Shown: piece after piece, positions 53,988-64,000 of the stretch
How the letters are laid out: each line of letters opens with the position of its first letter
Position numbering within the stretch: position 1 is the first letter of the stretch
NCBI GenBank assembly: GCA_964016885.1
Contig: OZ024744.1
Coordinates: 56,048,001-56,112,000 of the forward strand
Reading direction: 5' to 3'
DNA: 64,000 nt
Source: Eledone cirrhosa
Taxonomy: Eukaryota
The notes under the pieces: generated by a model
Databases searched by the model: none
Told to the model about the DNA's origin: nothing
Seen by the model: the letters and a program-made list of their open reading frames with translations, nothing else
Program-made: the position numbers and the translations under genes

Positions 53988-56900
53988 ACCATCGTCACCA
54001 CCACAACCACCATTACCATCATCACCACCACAACCACCACTAGCATCATCACCACCACAACCACCACTAATATCATCATCACCGCCACAACCACCACTAG
54101 CATCATCACCACCACAACCACCACTAATATCATCATCACCGCCACAATCACCACTACCATCATCACCACCACAACCACCACTACCACCACAAACATCACT
54201 ACCATCATCACGACCACTTCCATCATCACCACCACAACCACCACTACTATCATCACCACCACAACCACCACCACCACCACAACCACCACCACCACCACAA
54301 CCACCACCACCACCACAACCACCACTACCATCATCACCACCACAACCACCACTACCACCACCACCACAACCACCACCACCACCACAACCACCACCACCAC
54401 CACAACCACCACTACCATCATCACCACCACAACCACCACTACCACCACCATCACAACCACCACTACCATCACCACTACCACAACCACCACTACCACCACA
54501 ACCACCACTACCACCACCACCACAACCACCACTATCATCATCACCACCACAACCACCACAACCATCATCACCACCATAACCACCACTAACATCATCACCA
54601 CCACAACCACCACCACCACCACAACCACCACTATCATCATCACCATCACAACCACCACTACCATCATCACCACCACAACCACCACTACCACCACCACCAC
54701 AACCACCACTATCATCATCACCACCACAACCACCACAACCATCATCACCACCATAACCACCACTATCATAATCACCACCACAACCACCACTACCATCATC
54801 ACCACCACAACCACCACCACCACCACAACCACCACTACCATCATCACCACCACAACCACCACTACCACCACCACCACAACCAGCACCACCACCACAACCA
54901 CCTCTACCATCATCACCACCACAACCAAAACTACCACCACCACCACAACCACCACCACCACCACAACCACCACTACCATCATCACCACCACAACCACCAC
55001 TAACACCACCACCACAACCACCACTACCATCATCACCACCACAACCACCACTACCATCATCACCACCACAACCACCACTACCACCACAATCACCACTACC
55101 ATCATCACCACCACAACTACCATCATCACCACCACAACCACAACTACCATTATCACCACCACAACCACCACTACCATCATCACCACCACAACCACCACTA
55201 CCACCACCACCACAACCACCACTACCATCACCACTACCACAACCACCACTACCACCACAACCACCACTACCAGCACAACCACCACTATCATCATCACCAC
55301 CACAACCACCACAACCATCATCACCACCATAACCACCACTAACATCATCACCACCACAACCACCACCACCGCCACAACCACCACCACCACCACAACCACC
55401 ACTATCATCATCACCATCACAACCACCACTACCATCATCACCACCACAACCACCACTACCACCACCACCACAAACACCACTATCATCATCACCACCACAA
55501 CCACCACAACCATCATCACCACCATAACCACCACTACCATCATCACCACCACAACCACCACTACCACCACCACCACAACCACCGCTATCATCATCACCAC
55601 CACAACCACCACTACCATCATCACCACCAAAACCACCACTACCATCATCACCACCACAACCACCACTACCATCATCACCAACACAACAACCACTACCACC
55701 ACCACCACAACCACCACTATCATCATCACCACCACAACCACCACTACCACCATCACCACCACAACCACCACTACCATCATCACTACCACAACCACCACTA
55801 CCATCATCACCACCACTACCATCATCACCACCACAACCACCACTACCATCATCACCACCACAACCACCACTACCACCATCACCACCACAACCACCACTAC
55901 AATCATCACTACCACTACCAACACTACCATCATCATCACCACCACAACCACCACTACCATCATCACCACCACAACCATCACTACCATCACCACCACCACA
56001 ACCACCACTACCATCATCACCACCACGACCACAACTACCACCACAACCACCACTACCATCATCACCACCACAACCACAACTACCATCATCACCACCACAA
56101 CTAGCACTACCAACACAACCACCACTACCACCACAACCACAACTACCATCATCACCACCACAACCACCACTACAATCATCACCACCACAACAACCACTAC
56201 CATCATCACCACCACAACCACCACTACCACCACAACCACCACTACCATCTTCACCACCAAAACCATGACTACCATCATCACCACCACAACCACCACAACC
56301 ACCACAACCACCACTACCATCATCACTACAATCATCACCACCACAACCACCACTACCATCATCACCACCACAACCACCACTACCATCATCACCCCTACCA
56401 TCGTCACCACCACCACCACCACTACCATCATCACCACCACCACCACCACTACCATCATCACCACCACAACCACCACTACCATCATCACCACCACAACCAC
56501 CACTACCATCATCACCACCACAACCACCACTACCATCATCACCACCACAACCACCACTACCATCATCACCACCACAACCACCACTACCATCATCACCACC
56601 ACAAACACAACTACCACCACAACCACCACAACCATCACTACCATCATCAACAGCACAACCACCACTACGATCATCACCACCACAACCACCACTACCATTA
56701 TCACCATCACAACCACCATCACCACCACAACCACCACTACCGTCATCACCACTACAACCACCACTACCACCACAACCACCACTACCATCATCACCACCAC
56801 AACCACCACTACCATCATCACCACCACAACCACCACTACCATCATCACCACCACAACCACCACTACCATCATCACCACTACAAGCACCACTACCACCACA

Positions 56901-59900
56901 GCCACCACTACCATCATCACCACCACAACCACCACTACCACCACAACCACAAGCACCACTACCACCACAACCATCATCACCACCACAACCATCATTACCA
57001 TCATCACCACCACAACCACCACTACCACCAACACCACCACCACAATCAACACTACCATCATCACCACCACAACCACCACTACCACCACCACCACAACCAT
57101 CACTACCATCATCACCACCACAACCCCCACTACCACCACCACCACAACCACCACTACCATCATCACCACCACAACCACCACTACCATCACCACCACAACC
57201 ATCACTACCATCATCACCACCACTACCATCATCACCACCACAACCACAACTACCACTACCACCACCACAACCACCACTACCATTATCACCACCACAACCA
57301 CCACTACCACCACAACCACCACTACAATCGTCACCACCACAACCACCACTACCACCACAACCATCACTACCACCAACACCATAAACACAACTACCATCAT
57401 CACCACCACAACCACCACTACCACCACAACCATCACTACCATCATCACGACCACTACCATCATCACCACCACAACTACCAATACTATCATCACCACCAGA
57501 GCCACCACTATCACCACCACCACAACCACCACTGCCACCACCACCACAAACACCACTACCGCCACAACCACCACTACCATCATCACCACCACAACCACCA
57601 CTACCAGCACCACCACCACAACCACCACCACCACAACCACCACTACCATCATCACCACCACAACCACCACTACCACCACCACCACAACCACCACTATCCT
57701 CATCACCACCACAACCACCACAACTACCACTACCACCACAACCACCACTACCATCATCACCACCACAACCACCACTACCATCAACACCACCACAACCACC
57801 ACTACCATCATCACCACCAAAACCATCACTACCATCATCAACACCATCATCACCACCACAAACATCACTACCACCACCACCACCACAACCATCATCACCA
57901 CCACAACCAACACTACCATCATCACCACCATAACCACCATTACCATCATCACCACCACAACCACAACCACCATCATCACCACCACAACCACCACTACCAC
58001 CACCACCACCACCACCACAACCATCATCACCACCACAACCAACACTACCATCATCACCACCAAAACCACCACCACCATCATCACCACCACAACCACCACT
58101 ACCATCATCACCACCACAACCACCACTAACATCACCACAACCACAACCACCACTACTACCACCACCACAACCACCACTATCCTCATCACCACCACAACCA
58201 CCACTACCATCATCACCACCATGACCACCACTACCACCACAACCACAAGCACCACTACCACCACAACCATCATCACCACCACAACCATCATTACCATCAT
58301 CACCACCACAACCACCACAACCATCACCACCACCACAACCACCACTACCAACACAACCACCACTACCATCATCACCACCACAACCACCATTACCACTACC
58401 AACACCACCACAACTATCACTACCATCATCACCACCACAACCCCCACTACCACCACCACCACAACCACCACTACCATCATCACCACCACAACCACTACTA
58501 CCATCATCACAACCACAACAACCACTACCATCATCACCACCACAACCACCACTACCATCATCAACACCACAACCACCACTACCAACACAACCACCACTAC
58601 CATTATCACCACCACAACCACCACTACCACCACCACCACCACCACAATCAACACTACCATCATCACCACCACCACCACCACTACCATCACCACCACAACC
58701 ATCACTACCATCATCACCACCACAACCCCCAGTACCACCACCACCACAACCACCACTACCATCATCACCACCACAACCACCACTACCATCACCACCACAA
58801 CCATCACTACCATCATCACCACCACAACCATCATGACCACCACAACCACAACTACCATCATCACCACCACTACCATTATCACCACCACAACCACCACTAC
58901 CACCACAACCACCACTACAATCGTCACCACCACAACCACCACTACCACCACAACCATCACTACCACCACAAACATCACTACCATCATCACCACCTCAACC
59001 ACCACAACCACCACAACCATCACTACCATCATCACGACCACTACCATCATCACCACCACAACTACCAATACTATCATCACCACCACAGCCACCACTATCA
59101 CCACCACCACAACCACCACTGCCACCGCCACCAAAAACACCACTACCGCCACAACCACCACTACCATCATCACCACCACAACCACCACTACCAGCATCAC
59201 CACCACAACCACCACTACCATCATCACCACCACAAACATCACTACCAACATCACCACCACTACCATCATCACCACCACAACCACAACTACCATCATCACC
59301 ACCACAACCACCACTACCACCACAACCACCACTACAATCGTCACCACCACAACCACCACTACCACCACAACCATCACTACCACCAACACCATAAACACAA
59401 CTACCATCATCACCACCTCAACCACCACTACCACCACAACCATCACTACCATCATCACGACCACTACCATCATCACCACCACAACTACCAATACTATCAT
59501 CACCACCACAGCCACCACTATCACCACCACCACAACCACCACTGCCACCACCACCACAAACACCACTACCGCCACAACCACCACTACCATCATCACCACC
59601 ACAACCACCACTACCAGCATCACCACCACAACCACCACTACCACCACCACCACAACTACCACTACCATCATCACCACCACAACCACCACTACCACCACCA
59701 CCACAACCACCACTACCATCATCACTACCACAACCACCACTACCACCACCACCACAACCACCACTATCCTCATCACCACCACAACCACCACTATCCTCAT
59801 CACCACCACAACCACCACAACTACCACCACTACCACAACCACCACAACCATCACCACCAATACCAGCACCACTACCATCATCACCACCACAACCACCACT

Positions 59901-62900
59901 ACCATCATCACCACCACAACCACCACTACCTTCATCACCACCACAACCACCACTACCACCACCACCACAACCACCACTACCATCATCACCACCACAACCA
60001 TCACTACCATCATCAACACCACAACCACCACTACCATTATCACCACCACAACCACCATCTCCACCACAACCACCACTACCATCATCACCACTACAACCAC
60101 CACTACCACCACAACCACCACTATCATCATCACCACCACAACCAGCACTACTACCACCACCACAACCACCACTACCATCATCACCACCACAACCACCACT
60201 ACCATCATCACCACCACAACCACCACTACCATCATCACCACCACAACCACCACTACCACCACAACCATCATCACCACCACAACCATCATTACCATCACCA
60301 CCACCACAACCACCACTACCATCATCACCACCACAACTACCACTACCATCATCACAACCACAACAACCACTACCATCATCACCACCACAACCACCACTAC
60401 CATCATCACCACCACAACCACCACTACCAACACAACCACCACTACCATCATCACCACCACAACCACCATTACCACTACCAACACCACCACAACTATCACT
60501 ACCATCATCACCATCACAACCCCCACTACCACCACCACCACAACCACCACTACCATCATCACCACCACAACCACCACTACCATCACTACCACAACCATCA
60601 CTACCATCATCACCACCACTACCATCATCACCACCACAACCACAACTACCATCATCACCACCACTACCATTATCACCACCACAACCACCAAAACCACCAC
60701 TACAATCATCACCACCACAACCACCACAACCATCATTACCACCAACACCACAACCACAACTACCATCATCACCACCTCAACCACCACTACCACCACGACC
60801 ATCACTACCATCATCACGACCACTACCATCATCACCACCACAACTACCAATACTATCATCACCACCACAACCACCACTATCACCACCACCACAACCACCA
60901 CTGCCACCACCACCACAAATACCACTATCGCCACAACCACCACTACCATCATCACCACCACAACCACCACTACCAGCATCACTACCACAACCACCACTAC
61001 CACCACCACCACAACCACCACTACCATCATAACCACCACAACCACCACTACCATCATCACCACCACAACCACCACTACCATCATCACCACCACAACCACC
61101 ACTACCATCATCACCACCACAACCATCACTACCATCATCACCACCACAACCACCACTACCTTCATCACCACCACAACCACCACTACCACCAACACCACAA
61201 CCACCACTACCATCATCACCACCACAACCACCACTACCATCATAACCACCACAACCACCACTACCATCATCACCACCACAACCACCACTACCATCATCAC
61301 CACCACAACCACCACTACCATCATCACCACCACAACCATCACTACCATCATCACCACCACAACCACCACTACCATCATCACCACCACAACCACCACTACC
61401 ATCACCACCACAACCATCACTACCATCATCACCACCACAACCATCATGACCACCACAACCACAACTACCATCATCACCACCACTACCATTATCACCACCA
61501 CAACCACCACTACCACCACAACCACCACTACAATCGTCACCACCACAACCACCACTACCACCACAACCATCACTACCACCACAAACATCACTACCATCAT
61601 CACCACCTCAACCACCACAACCACCACAACCATCACTACCATCATCACGACCACTACCATCATCACCACCACAACTACCAATACTATCATCACCACCACA
61701 GCCACCACTATCACCACCACCACAACCACCACTGCCACCGCCACCAAAAACACCACTACCGCCACAACCACCACTACCATCATCACCACCACAACCACCA
61801 CTACCAGCATCACCACCACAACCACCACTACCATCATCACCACCACAAACATCACTACCAACATCACCACCACTACCATCATCACCACCACAACCACAAC
61901 TACCATCATCACCACCACAACCACCACTACCACCACAACCACCACTACAATCGTCACCACCACAACCACCACTACCACCACAACCATCACTACCACCAAC
62001 ACCATAAACACAACTACCATCATCACCACCTCAACCACCACTACCACCACAACCATCACTACCATCATCACGACCACTACCATCATCACCACCACAACTA
62101 CCAATACTATCATCACCACCACAGCCACCACTATCACCACCACCACAACCACCACTGCCACCACCACCACAAACACCACTACCGCCACAACCACCACTAC
62201 CATCATCACCACCACAACCACCACTACCAGCATCACCACCACAACCACCACTACCACCACCACCACAACTACCACTACCATCATCACCACCACAACCACC
62301 ACTACCACCACCACCACAACCACCACTACCATCATCACTACCACAACCACCACTACCACCACCACCACAACCACCACTATCCTCATCACCACCACAACCA
62401 CCACTATCCTCATCACCACCACAACCACCACAACTACCACCACTACCACAACCACCACAACCATCACCACCAATACCAGCACCACTACCATCATCACCAC
62501 CACAACCACCACTACCATCATCACCACCACAACCACCACTACCTTCATCACCACCACAACCACCACTACCACCACCACCACAACCACCACTACCATCATC
62601 ACCACCACAACCATCACTACCATCATCAACACCACAACCACCACTACCATTATCACCACCACAACCACCATCTCCACCACAACCACCACTACCATCATCA
62701 CCACTACAACCACCACTACCACCACAACCACCACTATCATCATCACCACCACAACCAGCACTACTACCACCACCACAACCACCACTACCATCATCACCAC
62801 CACAACCACCACTACCATCATCACCACCACAACCACCACTACCATCATCACCACCACAACCACCACTACCACCACAACCATCATCACCACCACAACCATC

Positions 62901-64000
62901 ATTACCATCACCACCACCACAACCACCACTACCATCATCACCACCACAACTACCACTACCATCATCACAACCACAACAACCACTACCATCATCACCACCA
63001 CAACCACCACTACCATCATCACCACCACAACCACCACTACCAACACAACCACCACTACCATCATCACCACCACAACCACCATTACCACTACCAACACCAC
63101 CACAACTATCACTACCATCATCACCATCACAACCCCCACTACCACCACCACCACAACCACCACTACCATCATCACCACCACAACCACCACTACCATCACT
63201 ACCACAACCATCACTACCATCATCACCACCACTACCATCATCACCACCACAACCACAACTACCATCATCACCACCACTACCATTATCACCACCACAACCA
63301 CCAAAACCACCACTACAATCATCACCACCACAACCACCACAACCATCATTACCACCAACACCACAACCACAACTACCATCATCACCACCTCAACCACCAC
63401 TACCACCACGACCATCACTACCATCATCACGACCACTACCATCATCACCACCACAACTACCAATACTATCATCACCACCACAACCACCACTATCACCACC
63501 ACCACAACCACCACTGCCACCACCACCACAAATACCACTATCGCCACAACCACCACTACCATCATCACCACCACAACCACCACTACCAGCATCACTACCA
63601 CAACCACCACTACCACCACCACCACAACCACCACTACCATCATAACCACCACAACCACCACTACCATCATCACCACCACAACCACCACTACCATCATCAC
63701 CACCACAACCACCACTACCATCATCACCACCACAACCATCACTACCATCATCACCACCACAACCACCACTACCTTCATCACCACCACAACCACCACTACC
63801 ACCAACACCACAACCACCACTACCATCATCACCACCACAACCATCACTACCATCATCAACACCACAACCACCACTACGATCATCACCACCACAACCACCA
63901 CTACCATTATCACCACCACAACCACCATCACCACCACAACCACCACTACCATCATCACCACCACAACCACCACCACCACCACAACCACCACTACCATCAT
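53988..64000. repeat. 10 kb triplet-based satellite (ACC/ACA/ACT/ATC) with dominant 27-bp unit ACCACCACAACCACCACTACCATCATC, running off the right edge
   Basis: The + strand is almost G-free. The triplet register is the same at 53988 and 64000, and the 3357-aa Val/Met ORF spans the array without a break. It contains a duplication at 2613-bp offset. Confidence 0.97.

Noticed and set aside
53927-64000. 3357-aa poly-Val/Met ORF on the minus strand as a real gene
   Set aside because: It is almost purely V/M/I/L with no domain, and its start is set by the window edge. GTN/ATG triplets rarely mutate to stops, so an open frame is expected.
53988-64000. Telomeric repeat
   Set aside because: There are no TTAGGG/CCCTAA arrays, and the unit is heterogeneous and triplet-based.

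Overview
This window is eukaryotic, repeat-dominated DNA with no recognisable host gene. Its dispersed repeats resemble octopod cephalopod (Octopus-like) SINEs as I recall them; I could not check this against a database. There are three zones. (1) 1-49243 is a ~49 kb head-to-tail satellite of 50-bp monomers mixed with 57-bp monomers (extra CTTACAT), roughly 950 units. It contains nested multi-kb duplications (offsets about 0.92, 2.6-2.7, 3.0, 5.4, 5.75-5.9 and 6.31 kb) and a more divergent right edge. (2) ~49.3-54.0 kb is a spacer packed with microsatellites, tRNA-derived SINE pieces, a short RTE-clade LINE C-terminal relic, a 38 x 40-bp minisatellite that appears amplified from a SINE interior, and a near-perfect SINE inverted repeat. 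(3) 53988-64000, running off the window, is a 10 kb ACC/ACA/ACT/ATC triplet array built on a 27-bp unit with a 2613-bp duplication. It never shifts frame, so a + strand poly-Thr/Ile frame and a - strand poly-Val/Met frame are both open throughout. All listed ORFs are best explained as repeat by-products. I found no convincing novel protein-based system; the best leads concern how these satellites arise and are organised.
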